Shown here in pieces: positions 14,854 through 25,253 of a stretch of 32,858 nt of DNA. The DNA comes from a virus. Its lineage: Duplodnaviria; Caudoviricetes. Position 1 is the first letter of the stretch. Every line of letters starts with the position of its first letter. A program made the translations under genes and the position numbers. The notes beneath the pieces were generated by a model that saw only the letters and a list, made by a program, of their open reading frames with translations, was not told the origin of the DNA and ran no database searches. The stretch is taken from IMG/VR virus record IMGVR_UViG_3300027769_000089, positions 1 to 32,858 of that record. One strand, written 5' to 3'.

Positions 14854-15378
14854 ATGGAAAAAATATGGAAAGCTATCCCTTCTTATGAAGGGTTATATGA
14901 AGTAAGCAATTATGGTGAAGTTAAAAGCCTTGGTAATAACGCAACACGTAAAGAAAAAATATTAAAAACATCTGATAATGGTAATGGTTATTTAATACTT
15001 TCTTTAAATAAAAATAGTAAGCGTAAACTATTTCAAGTACATCAATTAGTTGCAATAGCTTTTTTAGGTCATCAACCAAATGGTTATGAAACAGTTGTTA
15101 ACCATATTGATAATAATCCGTTAAATAATTATGTTGGTAATTTAGAATTAGTATCGCAAAGATATAATTTATCTTGTCATAAAAAAGATGTTGGCGTTAG
15201 CTTCCAAACTAATAGAAACAAATTTAGAACTATGATACGCATTGGTTATAACCAGGTTCATTTAGGTTTGTTTACCAATAAACAAGATGCCCTTAACATA
15301 TATCAAAAAGCATTAGATAATATGCATCTATACAATGGTGATAATAAAGAATTTAGAAACACTTTAAATAAATTATAA
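14854..15378 (+). CDS. NUMOD4-HNH endonuclease with AP2-like C-terminus
   Basis: 'W-x-x-IP-x-YEG-x-YEVSN-x-G-x-VKS' (NUMOD4), 'VHQLVA-x-AF...VNHID-x-N-x-x-NN-x-x-x-NL' (HNH_3) and 'HLG-x-F...A'. Confidence 0.9.
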   Translation: MEKIWKAIPSYEGLYEVSNYGEVKSLGNNATRKEKILKTSDNGNGYLILSLNKNSKRKLFQVHQLVAIAFLGHQPNGYETVVNHIDNNPLNNYVGNLELVSQRYNLSCHKKDVGVSFQTNRNKFRTMIRIGYNQVHLGLFTNKQDALNIYQKALDNMHLYNGDNKEFRNTLNKL

Positions 15379-15395
15379 GACAAAAGAAAAATACT

Positions 15396-15830
15396 ATGGA
15401 AAAAACAATTTCGAAAATGGAAGCAATGGCCGATGTTATCGCCCACTTCCCAAAGTATCGTGAAGCTGCGGCTATCTACGGTCATTCATTATTCACCTTG
15501 GTGGATGCATTTCAAATTCAAGCCGCTTATTCAAATCTAACTGAATACGATGCTGACAATGTTTGTATGATACTTGCTGCTAATGGTATTAGCCAAGCAA
15601 TGAACAAGCATGACATGTTCAAAATTAATTTGGATGGTGATAAAGTTCAATATGAAGGCTTTGACTGCTGGAACAACAGCTGTGGTATGTTCACAGAAAG
15701 GGAAGCATTGGCTTGCGCAATTATCATGGTCCACGGCAACTTGGGTATGATGCAATTAACCATGACTGATGGTATGGTTATCACCAACTTCAAATACACT
15801 GATAACAAATTCGTTAAACTTTTAGACTAA
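15396..15830 (+). CDS. Hypothetical protein
   Basis: 144-aa ORF with A-rich leader in the early operon. Confidence 0.8.
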   Translation: MEKTISKMEAMADVIAHFPKYREAAAIYGHSLFTLVDAFQIQAAYSNLTEYDADNVCMILAANGISQAMNKHDMFKINLDGDKVQYEGFDCWNNSCGMFTEREALACAIIMVHGNLGMMQLTMTDGMVITNFKYTDNKFVKLLD

Positions 15831-15835
15831 TAAAC

Positions 15836-16033
15836 ATGTCAGAACACATCATTTTTACAAATATCGCTTCAATAGACAATGTCTATATGACAGACGATAG
15901 CACAAACGTTCACATCGTTTGCAATGACTTTACAGGAAGAAACCATGTGTTGGTGCTTCATCCAGCCCACGTATTCAAAATCAAACAATTGATGATGGAT
16001 GCTATTGTCGGACCACAAGAAAACGCTGAGTAA
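15836..16033 (+). CDS. Hypothetical protein
   Basis: 65-aa ORF tightly packed between neighbours. Confidence 0.7.
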   Translation: MSEHIIFTNIASIDNVYMTDDSTNVHIVCNDFTGRNHVLVLHPAHVFKIKQLMMDAIVGPQENAE

Positions 16034-16140
16034 TGGCTGTTAAGAAAAACTATTCGGTGGTTAGAAAAGCACTTGGTTTAAAGCAACGTGCCACCCCTAC
16101 TCAGAAGAAAAGTAAACCAACCAAAAGAAAGAAGTGGTAA
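16033..16140 (+). CDS. 35-aa basic peptide (not in ORF track)
   Basis: MAVKKNYSVVRKALGLKQRATPTQKKSKPTKRKKW; TAATG-coupled, and stops 1 nt before the next ATG. Confidence 0.65.
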   Translation: MAVKKNYSVVRKALGLKQRATPTQKKSKPTKRKKW

Positions 16141-16141
16141 T

Positions 16142-16489
16142 ATGGGAAGAAACCGACCAGCCTTCACAGGGCACACAGAACTAAGAAAGACCTTTCAACG
16201 CAAAGGTGTAATGACCAAGAATGAAAAGGGTATTGAGGTTAGAGCGTGGTTGATATTCACCCAGCTCGAACACAAAGAAGGGACAGGCTACATTTACTCT
16301 ATTGACTACGATGGCCACTTATTTTTTCAAGTTTTCAAAGAACGTTACATTGAGAATGATGATGGTGCCACAATCGTAACATACCCAAACGATGATGCGT
16401 TCAGAGAGAATGAATGGCAGTGGGCCTGGACCACCAGGACACTAGAAGAAGCAAAGGAAGTATTGGAAACCTTTGAATGTGTTTATTAA
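16142..16489 (+). CDS. Hypothetical protein (start corrected to 16142)
   Basis: The ATG start removes the overlap with the 35-aa ORF; ends just before the terminator. Confidence 0.75.
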   Translation: MGRNRPAFTGHTELRKTFQRKGVMTKNEKGIEVRAWLIFTQLEHKEGTGYIYSIDYDGHLFFQVFKERYIENDDGATIVTYPNDDAFRENEWQWAWTTRTLEEAKEVLETFECVY

Positions 16490-16490
16490 T

Positions 16491-16518
16491 AAGAAAGGGG
16501 CTCTAGGCCCCTTTTTTT
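16491..16518. terminator. Bidirectional terminator at the strand convergence point
   Basis: AAGAAAGGGGC-TCTAG-GCCCCTTTTTTT. Confidence 0.85.
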
Positions 16519-16648
16519 ATATCCCTAGATGCTCATCATACATCAAAGGGGTTTCTTCTTCTTTAAGTTCTTTTTTGGCCCTAAGAATAATATAGGCGAC
16601 AAACAAACAAAGTTCAACACCAATAGTAATAAGTACTCCACCTATCAT
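16517..16648 (-). CDS. 43-aa single-pass membrane protein (not in ORF track)
   Basis: MIGGVLITIGVELCLFVAYIILRAKKELKEEETPLMYDEHLGI; ATGA-coupled to the protease gene and ends in the terminator. Confidence 0.65.
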   Translation of the reverse strand: MIGGVLITIGVELCLFVAYIILRAKKELKEEETPLMYDEHLGI

Positions 16649-17994
16649 GCTTCTAAAATACCTTTAATTAAAATCTCAGCTTCTTGTGCTGATAAGGTGA
16701 AGTTAACACCCACACCTTTTGGTAATAGTCTACGCACCATACGGTTGTTATCGTAGTGTGTATCGATACCAAGTTCTTTTATCTTTTCAGCTTTCTTCAA
16801 GTTTGAACCAGTGGCAATAACACGTTCATGTGGAATACCCAATTCATCAGCAACAGCATACATACCAGATGCGTTTGAACGTGCTGATATAATATAAACG
16901 GTTGAACCACTTTGAATTTCTTTCTTAGCCAACATCTTACCAAGTCTGGTTGATATTGTGCCATCGTAATCAAACGATACCTTTTCACCAACTCTCAGTC
17001 TTTGAATTTCATCCAACTTACGTTGTGCCCAGGCAACACCTTCATCACCACCCCATGCAAGCCACATAAGTCTACCACATCCATCACCCAATTCCTTTTG
17101 TGAGTTTTGACGGTGTCTTTCAAACGCGGCCATTCTGGCAATAGTTTCCTCACTGATAGGTTCACGGTTAGCCAGTTGGTTTGCACGTTGTTTACCGACA
17201 GGTGTACCACATTCACCCCATCCATTTTCTTCAGCCCATCTTAAAGCTGTCTTTGCATTATCACTTGCAGCTTGTGGATAGTCGGTGTAGCTTTCAGCCA
17301 ACTCAACTTCAGAGCCTTCAAATTTACTGTAACAGATAGCTGCCGCCTGTTCTGGGTCCATGTTTTCAACATCAACATGATATGCTATGCAACGTGGAAT
17401 AAATTCATCTTTGCTTTCACCTGGTTTGGGTTCAACCAACTCAACACTCGACATTGCTTCAGCAAGGTTCTGGGCAAAGGCACCTTCAACACTAAAGCCG
17501 CGAACGCGCCCAGTTTTTACGTACTCATCCCAGAATTGTTTATCTTCAACTTTAACACTTACCATCCAGGTGCCTTTCTGAAGGTTTTTAAAGCCCATAG
17601 AGACACTTTGGTCCATGTTAGGGTCCTTGACTATCCAGCTCTCCAAAATAACGCCTTGTACGTCATCTTTTTTATTATGCTCCAGGTTGAAGTGAATTTG
17701 ACGGTTTTGCGTAAAATATCTTTGAACGATGGCTTGGATGGTTTCCTCAGAAAATCTAATATAATACTCAGCCCCTGTCTTTGGATGAATACGATAGATG
17801 AGTTTATTTGGAACGAGTGCAGGGCCTGTAACTATCATTTTATCATCTTCAGATAATAATAGTTTTGTTATCTCATTGGCCATAGCCACCCACATCTCTT
17901 GAATTGCGGGGTCGTGGACAAAGGCCACCTCATCAACACCAAGGTGTAATGCCTCATCAATTGATATATCGTAAATTGGTAATTTATATTCCAT
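16645..17994 (-). CDS. Prohead serine protease (XkdF-like) fused to accessory domains and a HAD-like domain
   Basis: N-terminal 'FV-x-x-PAI...N-x-EH...ESW...GTW...GFSVEG'; C-terminal 'SFDYDGT...IISAR...K...HYDNN'. Confidence 0.8.
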   Translation of the reverse strand: MEYKLPIYDISIDEALHLGVDEVAFVHDPAIQEMWVAMANEITKLLLSEDDKMIVTGPALVPNKLIYRIHPKTGAEYYIRFSEETIQAIVQRYFTQNRQIHFNLEHNKKDDVQGVILESWIVKDPNMDQSVSMGFKNLQKGTWMVSVKVEDKQFWDEYVKTGRVRGFSVEGAFAQNLAEAMSSVELVEPKPGESKDEFIPRCIAYHVDVENMDPEQAAAICYSKFEGSEVELAESYTDYPQAASDNAKTALRWAEENGWGECGTPVGKQRANQLANREPISEETIARMAAFERHRQNSQKELGDGCGRLMWLAWGGDEGVAWAQRKLDEIQRLRVGEKVSFDYDGTISTRLGKMLAKKEIQSGSTVYIISARSNASGMYAVADELGIPHERVIATGSNLKKAEKIKELGIDTHYDNNRMVRRLLPKGVGVNFTLSAQEAEILIKGILEA

Positions 17995-18008
17995 TGTTAT
18001 AATATTAG

Positions 18009-21000
18009 TTATTTAATTCTTGAAAGTCTTTGTATTCTCGCATTTTTTGCTGACTGTGAACTAACATCAGCATCCAGGATGTATGCACGTACAGCTGTTT
18101 GACCAGCAACCGCTGCAATGTCTTGAATGTTGGTTACAGATACTTCACCTGGGTTTGCGGTCACAACACCACCAGCAGCAAATTTGGGGATAATTGGGTC
18201 ACCACCAGTTGACTGGTTGATGGCTGATAACAACGGTGCAAATCTATCAACAGCGGCCGCGTTAATAACAGCCTCACCGTTTGAAAGCATTGCTGGTACC
18301 ATGTCATCCAAAGGACCACCAGGACCACTAATAAATCCACCACGTTTCAAAGCCTTAACCTTTTGTCTTTGTACGTTAGCTGTTATACCAGCGGCAACAC
18401 CAGCTGCCAAGTTAAGACCAGCCAAGATAAGACCCAAAGGTGGTTTCTCTTTTAATGCTGAGATAACGGCCAAAGCTGTTTGTGCAGCGATGTTGGCTAT
18501 GGTGATAGCAAAATCAATATCCGCTTGCTTTTTCTTTAGCTCCTTTTCTTTAGCCAATCTTTCAGCTTCAATAGCTTCCAATTCCAAAGCTTGTTGTCTT
18601 TCAAGCTCCAAACGTTGTGCATTGGTTAATTCAAGGTTTGATAATTCTTGTTCGTTCTCTCTTTCCTTTATTTTAACTATCTCTTCATATTGGTTATTAA
18701 GTGCTTCCAATTCCTTTTCAAGAATTGCTTGAGCCAAATCAGCCAGGTTATTCGCCAACTCAACAGACTTATCAAATACCTGTTGTCTTAACTCCTTCTT
18801 TTTATCAGCCTCTTCTTTGGTTATTTCGGTGCTTTTATCACTGGCTTCTTTATCAACAATTAAACCTTTATCAGTATATTCTTTATTGATGGCTAAGATG
18901 TTTTCGGCTGACTGTTTTTCCTCATCCTCAATCTGTTTTTTATACTCACCCTTAATTTCTTTTTGCTTTTCCTCATTGCCTTCATACAATTTTAATTCAG
19001 CATCCAAAGCTTTTTGTAATTCAGCGATGATACCACCAGACCTAGCGGTTTCAGCATCAATAGCTTTTTGTTTTTCAATTGCTAAAAGTTGTAACCTTAA
19101 TTCCTTGGCTTTTGCAATTTGTTCAGCGTTGCTTTCGTCAATTAAGGATAACTCATTTTCAATTTTCTTCTGTAGGTTATCTAAATCCTGTGCGGTTGCA
19201 TCAGCAACCAGTTGTGCAAATTTTTCTTGACGCTCTTTTTCAGCTTCAGTTCTTTGGTCATTTAATTCCTTAAGTTGGTCATCAAGCTCACCAATGTTTT
19301 TTACATATTCGGTTTGGATGTTTGTTAATTCAGCGGTCTTTTCCTTTTCCTGTGCGGCATCAAGTTTGTTACCTTTTTGCAATTGCGCTAACGCGTCAAA
19401 TTTACCTGTAACCAGGTTCTCATCCAACGTCTTAATAGCAGCCGCATATTCTTTTTGAAGCCTAACCTTTTCATCCAAACTTTTGGCTTCAGCTAAATCA
19501 CTTTGCAACTTGGCATCCAATGTTGCCTTTTCCTTGTTATAGGTTGCCTCTAAGTTCTTAACACTTTCATCGTAGATAGCCTTTTCCTTATCATTAAGCG
19601 CTTTTAATCTATTCGCCCTATCAGAGGCAGCTTTTTGTTTAATCTGCGTTCTAAGGGCTTCTATTTCGGTTTCTTTAGCAAAGGTGCTTTGACCATTGTT
19701 TTGCAACAATTTTAATTCAAGTTGAGCTTGCTTTAATTGTGCATCCAAATAGTTTTTACCTTGGGCTTTTAAAGTTTCAACTCTTCTTTTCTGAGCTTCA
19801 ATTTCACCCTTGATGGTGTTAGCCGTTCTTTCTTTAGTAATTTGTTCAGCTGTCTTTGCAACTGGTGCTTCGATGGCACCAATTTCTTCAGCGAATTTAC
19901 CTAACTCTTTTCTACCCCTGTTAATCTCACCTTGAACCTCATCAATTCTTTTTTGAATATCAGCTTTGCTAGGAATTGAAACCACGGTACTACCACCACC
20001 ACCTGCGCCATAATATGTTTCAACTCTACTACCTCTTTGTTCTGGGGCATTCTTTTGTTGTTCTCTAAGTCTTTGAATTTCTGCTAATTTATCAGCTTCC
20101 TCTTCAGCAAGTTCGGCAGCTTTAGCATCAATCTGTGCTTGCTTAGCTTTTGCCAAAGCGGTGGCAACAATTTCATTTCTTAAATTTTGATATGCGGTTG
20201 AAGCCTTACCAGCAAGAATTTCTTCTTGGGTGAAGTTAGCAAATGTTTCTGGGTATGTATTTTGTAATTCAATAGCTGCTGCTCTACGGTCATCAATTGA
20301 CTTTGTTAAATCCTGTGATGATGCGTATAAAGCATCCAAACTAGCAATTTCAGCTGCGCTGCTTGCGATGGTTTCCTTCATCACATCATTGTAAGCTTGT
20401 TGCTGTTTTGTTGTACCACTTAAAGCCGCTGTAATCTTATCAAAGTTGGCAACCAATTCACCTATTGCAACAACCAATAAACCAATACCAGTTGCAGCGA
20501 TAGCACCCTTAAGAACTTTAAACGATGTTGATGTGGTGTTAACTGACTTGCTGAATAAACCCATTGTAAGGGCCGCAACTTTGCCAGCGGCAGCATTAGC
20601 CTTAAGAACCACATTGCTGGTTGTAAGGGATGTTATAAAAGCCTTAACATCTGGGATGGACTGTCTGAATGCTGATATACCTTGAACCAATGCCAAAGCA
20701 CTTTGAACTTTCAACAAAGCTTTCTCAACATTTTCATTTTCCTCACCGAATAAACCAGCTGCACCCTGTGCAATTGCAAAACCAGCGGCAACCCCTTGTA
20801 GAGCACCACCAAGTTTATCAGCAAAGGTTTTTGCAGCAGCATCAACCGCTAAGTCAGTTTGAATTTGTGCTTGTCTGTAACGACCAGCTTCAGCCGTTAA
20901 CGCGGCAAACTCATCGGTGTTTTCTTTCCCAGCTAATCTTAAAGCATATAACCTATCTTCAAGTTCACCTAACTGCGCTGTAAGTGGTTTAATATCACCA

Positions 21001-21248
21001 TTAATATCTTCAAACGATGCACCTAAATCAACAGCCGTTTTTGATAACTTGGTGTATTCATTATTTAATGCCGCCAAGTTTTTTCTGGCAGCATCAGCTT
21101 CTTTTGAATTTTCACCAAATTGACTGGCTAATCTATCAATTTCCTTTTCAGTTTCTTTAATTGAATTTCTTAAACTTTCAAATTGGTTTTGAACTTCAGC
21201 TGAATTGGTGGTAACCTTAATATTTATGTTCTTATTAATATCGGCCAT
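18009..21248 (-). CDS. Tape measure protein
   Basis: 1079 aa of Ala/Lys/Glu-rich helices and coiled coils with hydrophobic segments, and C-terminal 'GG-x-I-x-GPG...D-x-VPAMLSNGE-x-VINA'. Confidence 0.85.
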   Translation of the reverse strand: MADINKNINIKVTTNSAEVQNQFESLRNSIKETEKEIDRLASQFGENSKEADAARKNLAALNNEYTKLSKTAVDLGASFEDINGDIKPLTAQLGELEDRLYALRLAGKENTDEFAALTAEAGRYRQAQIQTDLAVDAAAKTFADKLGGALQGVAAGFAIAQGAAGLFGEENENVEKALLKVQSALALVQGISAFRQSIPDVKAFITSLTTSNVVLKANAAAGKVAALTMGLFSKSVNTTSTSFKVLKGAIAATGIGLLVVAIGELVANFDKITAALSGTTKQQQAYNDVMKETIASSAAEIASLDALYASSQDLTKSIDDRRAAAIELQNTYPETFANFTQEEILAGKASTAYQNLRNEIVATALAKAKQAQIDAKAAELAEEEADKLAEIQRLREQQKNAPEQRGSRVETYYGAGGGGSTVVSIPSKADIQKRIDEVQGEINRGRKELGKFAEEIGAIEAPVAKTAEQITKERTANTIKGEIEAQKRRVETLKAQGKNYLDAQLKQAQLELKLLQNNGQSTFAKETEIEALRTQIKQKAASDRANRLKALNDKEKAIYDESVKNLEATYNKEKATLDAKLQSDLAEAKSLDEKVRLQKEYAAAIKTLDENLVTGKFDALAQLQKGNKLDAAQEKEKTAELTNIQTEYVKNIGELDDQLKELNDQRTEAEKERQEKFAQLVADATAQDLDNLQKKIENELSLIDESNAEQIAKAKELRLQLLAIEKQKAIDAETARSGGIIAELQKALDAELKLYEGNEEKQKEIKGEYKKQIEDEEKQSAENILAINKEYTDKGLIVDKEASDKSTEITKEEADKKKELRQQVFDKSVELANNLADLAQAILEKELEALNNQYEEIVKIKERENEQELSNLELTNAQRLELERQQALELEAIEAERLAKEKELKKKQADIDFAITIANIAAQTALAVISALKEKPPLGLILAGLNLAAGVAAGITANVQRQKVKALKRGGFISGPGGPLDDMVPAMLSNGEAVINAAAVDRFAPLLSAINQSTGGDPIIPKFAAGGVVTANPGEVSVTNIQDIAAVAGQTAVRAYILDADVSSQSAKNARIQRLSRIK

Positions 21249-21262
21249 TGTGGTCTTTTAGT

Positions 21263-21289
21263 TAAATATAATTTTATCTTTTTTGTTTA
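21263..21289 (-). promoter_or_regulatory. Putative late promoter TAAACA-N13-TATATTTA
   Basis: Same spacing as the other copies; upstream of tape measure. Confidence 0.55.
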
Positions 21290-24200
21290 TGCTTTTGATA
21301 TAATCCATAATTCTTTGGCCGCATCATATTTTGCAACAACGCTACTATCTTCGTTTATAACGAATATCTCATTGGTGGTGGCATTACCATTCTCTATTTG
21401 CATAAAAGTCGTTGTAGTGGCATTTAATGCATCAAAATGAACGGTGAAACCATCGACAGCCGCAACATCTTGAAGGGTGATGACAAACAAAATGTTTCTG
21501 GCCACAACATCAAAGTAAACCTGTGAGTATCTACCATCCAATGTTTGAGCACCAGCATTCTCATCTGTATAGGTAATGCTTTCACCAATTGGTTTTGTAT
21601 CAGCAATTTCCCTAACAAAATTAAGGTCATTACTTATCTTAACAACGGTATCTTGTAAATCCTGTGTACCAGTGTAAACAGTAACTTCTTTGTTAAAAAA
21701 TGTTGGTATTAAACCTTCAGCATCTTGAACAATTGAATTGCGATATGAGTTTAACTGACTTGGTGTATCTTGGGTGTACTGACTTTGTGTACCAGCTGGG
21801 CCTAATTGAACCACACCTGGGGTTGTTCCCACGCCAGTTCCTGTACCAGTGGTTGTTGTACCACCACCTGTACCACCCTGTATACCAAGGTAACCACCAA
21901 CAATGTAATCAATAAGCTTATTGGTATCAGCGCGCAATATCTTAATTAACTCAATTTTAGTGGTTTGGTTAATATCACTTGAAGTATCAAAGTCAATAAT
22001 TTTGTTTACTCTCCAATATTCACCATGTGCATACACAATGTCATTAAAGCGGAAATTCGCAATATCAACAGGTGTCAAATACATACTGCATGACATTAAT
22101 CTGGCTGACTGGTCAGTCAACTCAATCATCTGGTTCTTATAAAATACATTGAATAGGTTGTATTTCATCTGAACATCAATCAAAGTAATTTTCCAATAGC
22201 TCACCGATGCGGTGCCATAGATATTGGTAATCTTTAATGTCAATGTTGATGATGTTGCCGATACAATCAATGCATCAAAATAAGTGTTTGGTGTTGTTTG
22301 GCTATACAACCTAACATACTTATTAACATTCGCGTTAACTGTAAAATAGTTTGTACCTGTATAAGTTATGGCAACGTTCTGACCAACGCTAACAGTTGAT
22401 AAATCCACAGTTGTGGTTGAGAAAGTTGGGGTTGCTGTGTTGTTAGCTATACCAAAACTATTCTGCCAATAAGTGGTTCTCAAATATTGTGTATCTGTAA
22501 AAAAGTTTATATCCACCGTTGGTTGAACTGGTTTATCATAATGACCAGCATATGGGTAGTAAGGAAAGTCAATTTCATACTCATCTCCATCTGGCTCATT
22601 ACCAGTTAAGAAAAATCTGTAATTTCTATAGTCAATAGGTGGCAAATTAATTTTACCCCCATAGATAAGAATACGTGGGTCCTTTTTCCAATCAGATGGT
22701 TTACCTTCATATCCAGGCTTCTGACTATCTGGGTCAATTATCTTTGTGATAACCATTGGGTTTGCATCCGTACCAGTGTAATTGCTTGATGGGTCTGTTC
22801 CACTTATTTTTTGTAAATAAGATGCTGCAAACATCGGCACCAAGTCAGTTGTTTCTGTAACATATTCATCGTTTGATACAAACTGATATGAACCGAATGT
22901 TAAACCATTTGGAGTGAACTTTTTAAATTGTTCGGTGTAATAGTCATTGCTATCATCCTCATATTTGAATATAAAGTTTTTAGCTTGGTCATGTGGCAAA
23001 ATTGTTATATCAATTGGTTTGCTGTAATCCAATTTCTTTTCCCAGTTTAATACACGGCCATCTTCGTAATACGTATCACGCGGTTCAACGTAAATTGTCC
23101 TTGGGTCTTGCTTATCTGGCTCAAAGTAAAGGTTGAACATTTTTGAGATGCTTAACACAAAGTCGCTTTGTTTCATCGACCTAGGAAGCATGTTCGTAAG
23201 CGAGGTTGCTTCATAACCAACCCATGAACCTAACCTATAATATTTAACATAACAAGTACCATCCACAAGTAAGTTGGTTCTTGACTTATAAGCTGTGCTA
23301 TCTGTGTTGTTAGGGTCCCATTGTGCTTCAGCTGAAGCGTATAATACAACCCTAGCCATATCGCCTTGTTCAAGTTCAATTGTTTCATCGAATGTTAAAA
23401 TAAAATCTTGGTTTGAAGTATTTTCCAAACGTTTAAATGTAACTACCTTTTCCTCTTCCCATTTGCTTTTCGCTGGGGCTTGGAATAACACAGGGTCATT
23501 GTTATATGAACCACCTTTAATGGTTTCAATTTTAAGACGATAGATGATACCCTGTTTATTAAGTGGGGCGTTGTTAGTACCATATAACACAGGTAAGGAT
23601 GTTCCTTTAATCTGTGCTTGTATTTTGTATCTACCAGCAACCAAAGCTTTTAATACATCACCGTACTCAGCACCAGAGAAACCATGAGCTGCGTTGTTAC
23701 GGTTTGCATCGGTATACTTAGATAATAAGTTTTCTGTGTAAGATGCTCTTTTAAGCTTCTTATTCCAATAATTTGTTGGGGATGCGTTTGGTACCTTACC
23801 ACCCAATAAAAACGCTTTATAGTCATAAACATAACTCGCAACACCAGGGTTTGTTTCAACGTCTTGAACTGGTTCTTCCAAAAGATATTGGGTTGAACCT
23901 GTCAATACATTATCATATTGCAATGACTGAACCTCATCCTCTTCCATACCACCAATTACAATTAACTTCTTAAATAAATCAGCGTTGGTGTCCAAGAATT
24001 TTGACTTGTATTTAAAGCCAGCTTGTTGGAATATTGCATCCCATACACGCTTAACGAAAATGGCTGGTCTTAGGTCCTCAAATTTAACACGAACACCTGG
24101 TTTCTCATATTCTGTTAATTGGCTATTCTTTTTGTTGGTAGCTGAATAAGGGAATGTCTGGTTGTAGTCAATAAGTGGGAAACAAATGTCTGTGGCATCT

Positions 24201-25252
24201 GAATTGACAGCCGCGTTAATATTGGTCAATATAAAGTTCTCATCTATTAACAAGTTATTAACAGGTGAGCTTAACAACGGTTGAACTGTACCTGTAATTT
24301 GTGATGATGTTGAAATACCAATAGGTGGTGCTGGCGCAAGTGAGGTTGTATTACTAACAACCGTGTAATCGGCTATTAATAGGTAAATACCTTCACCAGC
24401 TTCTAAGTCGACACCAGCTGCTGGAGTAGGGGTTGTAATTGAAGATGATAAGAATGGTCCACCACCATTGGCACCAGCAATCTGTGTATGTAAATAAGTT
24501 GAGCCGTTTGGTGTTATCTTATACCAAGCCCACCCCAATGTTCTTGATGGTGATATTGTAATCGCTGGTGTTAATTTAACTCTACATTTTTGTAACGCAA
24601 CAAACGCGTTAATTGTGGTTGTACTTTGTTGTGATAAAGTACCAGTCCATGGGTTGTTTGGTACGTTTTTATCAATTGCTTGTAACGAACCATATATCGC
24701 ACCAGTGGTCACCAAGTTATTGTAGTTTGCATTATATCTTCTGGCCGCTAATGTTCCAGGGGAAGGTGGTAAAAATCTATAATCGGTTCCAGTAATCTGG
24801 TCAATAACAATTGAAGCTGTTGTACCTGTTGCTGGCACCGCTGTGGTTCCTGTGAGTGGTAATACCAAGTTGGATAATTCAAGGTCACCCAATGCTTGAA
24901 CAAAGTTTACGCTATCTTCATAGATAACCCCATGGTAGGTCACATATTCGTTATCAATAACGGTGATACCATTTAACTTGAAGAAACCTTTCATTACACA
25001 AACACCATCCACATACACCTCAGATGTTTTCTTTGATATTGGGTTAAAGTGGCCCTCAGAACTAACATTAAAAAGGTGGCTAAACGTTTTGTTGTTTTCT
25101 TTTGTAGCTGGTATATCAACCTCTTTTGAATACGATGCAGCTTTGGCCGATATATCACTAATATCAGCCACGTTAAAGTTTAACAAGAACGCCTCATCAC
25201 CAAATAGGTCAATTTGTTTTTCTTCAATATAAAGTTCGGTCTTTTTAATCAT
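21287..25252 (-). CDS. Large tail tip/hub protein
   Basis: 'DL...N...DI-x-D...YSK...IP-x-T-x-x-N-x-x-x-F-x-H', 'PLIDY', 'RPA' and 'KQ-x-DF...KMFNLY' motifs of Bacteroidota siphophage tail proteins. Confidence 0.75.
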   Translation of the reverse strand: MIKKTELYIEEKQIDLFGDEAFLLNFNVADISDISAKAASYSKEVDIPATKENNKTFSHLFNVSSEGHFNPISKKTSEVYVDGVCVMKGFFKLNGITVIDNEYVTYHGVIYEDSVNFVQALGDLELSNLVLPLTGTTAVPATGTTASIVIDQITGTDYRFLPPSPGTLAARRYNANYNNLVTTGAIYGSLQAIDKNVPNNPWTGTLSQQSTTTINAFVALQKCRVKLTPAITISPSRTLGWAWYKITPNGSTYLHTQIAGANGGGPFLSSSITTPTPAAGVDLEAGEGIYLLIADYTVVSNTTSLAPAPPIGISTSSQITGTVQPLLSSPVNNLLIDENFILTNINAAVNSDATDICFPLIDYNQTFPYSATNKKNSQLTEYEKPGVRVKFEDLRPAIFVKRVWDAIFQQAGFKYKSKFLDTNADLFKKLIVIGGMEEDEVQSLQYDNVLTGSTQYLLEEPVQDVETNPGVASYVYDYKAFLLGGKVPNASPTNYWNKKLKRASYTENLLSKYTDANRNNAAHGFSGAEYGDVLKALVAGRYKIQAQIKGTSLPVLYGTNNAPLNKQGIIYRLKIETIKGGSYNNDPVLFQAPAKSKWEEEKVVTFKRLENTSNQDFILTFDETIELEQGDMARVVLYASAEAQWDPNNTDSTAYKSRTNLLVDGTCYVKYYRLGSWVGYEATSLTNMLPRSMKQSDFVLSISKMFNLYFEPDKQDPRTIYVEPRDTYYEDGRVLNWEKKLDYSKPIDITILPHDQAKNFIFKYEDDSNDYYTEQFKKFTPNGLTFGSYQFVSNDEYVTETTDLVPMFAASYLQKISGTDPSSNYTGTDANPMVITKIIDPDSQKPGYEGKPSDWKKDPRILIYGGKINLPPIDYRNYRFFLTGNEPDGDEYEIDFPYYPYAGHYDKPVQPTVDINFFTDTQYLRTTYWQNSFGIANNTATPTFSTTTVDLSTVSVGQNVAITYTGTNYFTVNANVNKYVRLYSQTTPNTYFDALIVSATSSTLTLKITNIYGTASVSYWKITLIDVQMKYNLFNVFYKNQMIELTDQSARLMSCSMYLTPVDIANFRFNDIVYAHGEYWRVNKIIDFDTSSDINQTTKIELIKILRADTNKLIDYIVGGYLGIQGGTGGGTTTTGTGTGVGTTPGVVQLGPAGTQSQYTQDTPSQLNSYRNSIVQDAEGLIPTFFNKEVTVYTGTQDLQDTVVKISNDLNFVREIADTKPIGESITYTDENAGAQTLDGRYSQVYFDVVARNILFVITLQDVAAVDGFTVHFDALNATTTTFMQIENGNATTNEIFVINEDSSVVAKYDAAKELWIISKA

Positions 25253-25253
25253 T

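Noticed and set aside
17272-21123. Long + strand ORFs opposite protease and tape measure (17272-17856, 18127-18732, 18817-19230 and others)
   Set aside because: Antisense shadows of well-supported genes with biased codon usage; no recognisable motifs.
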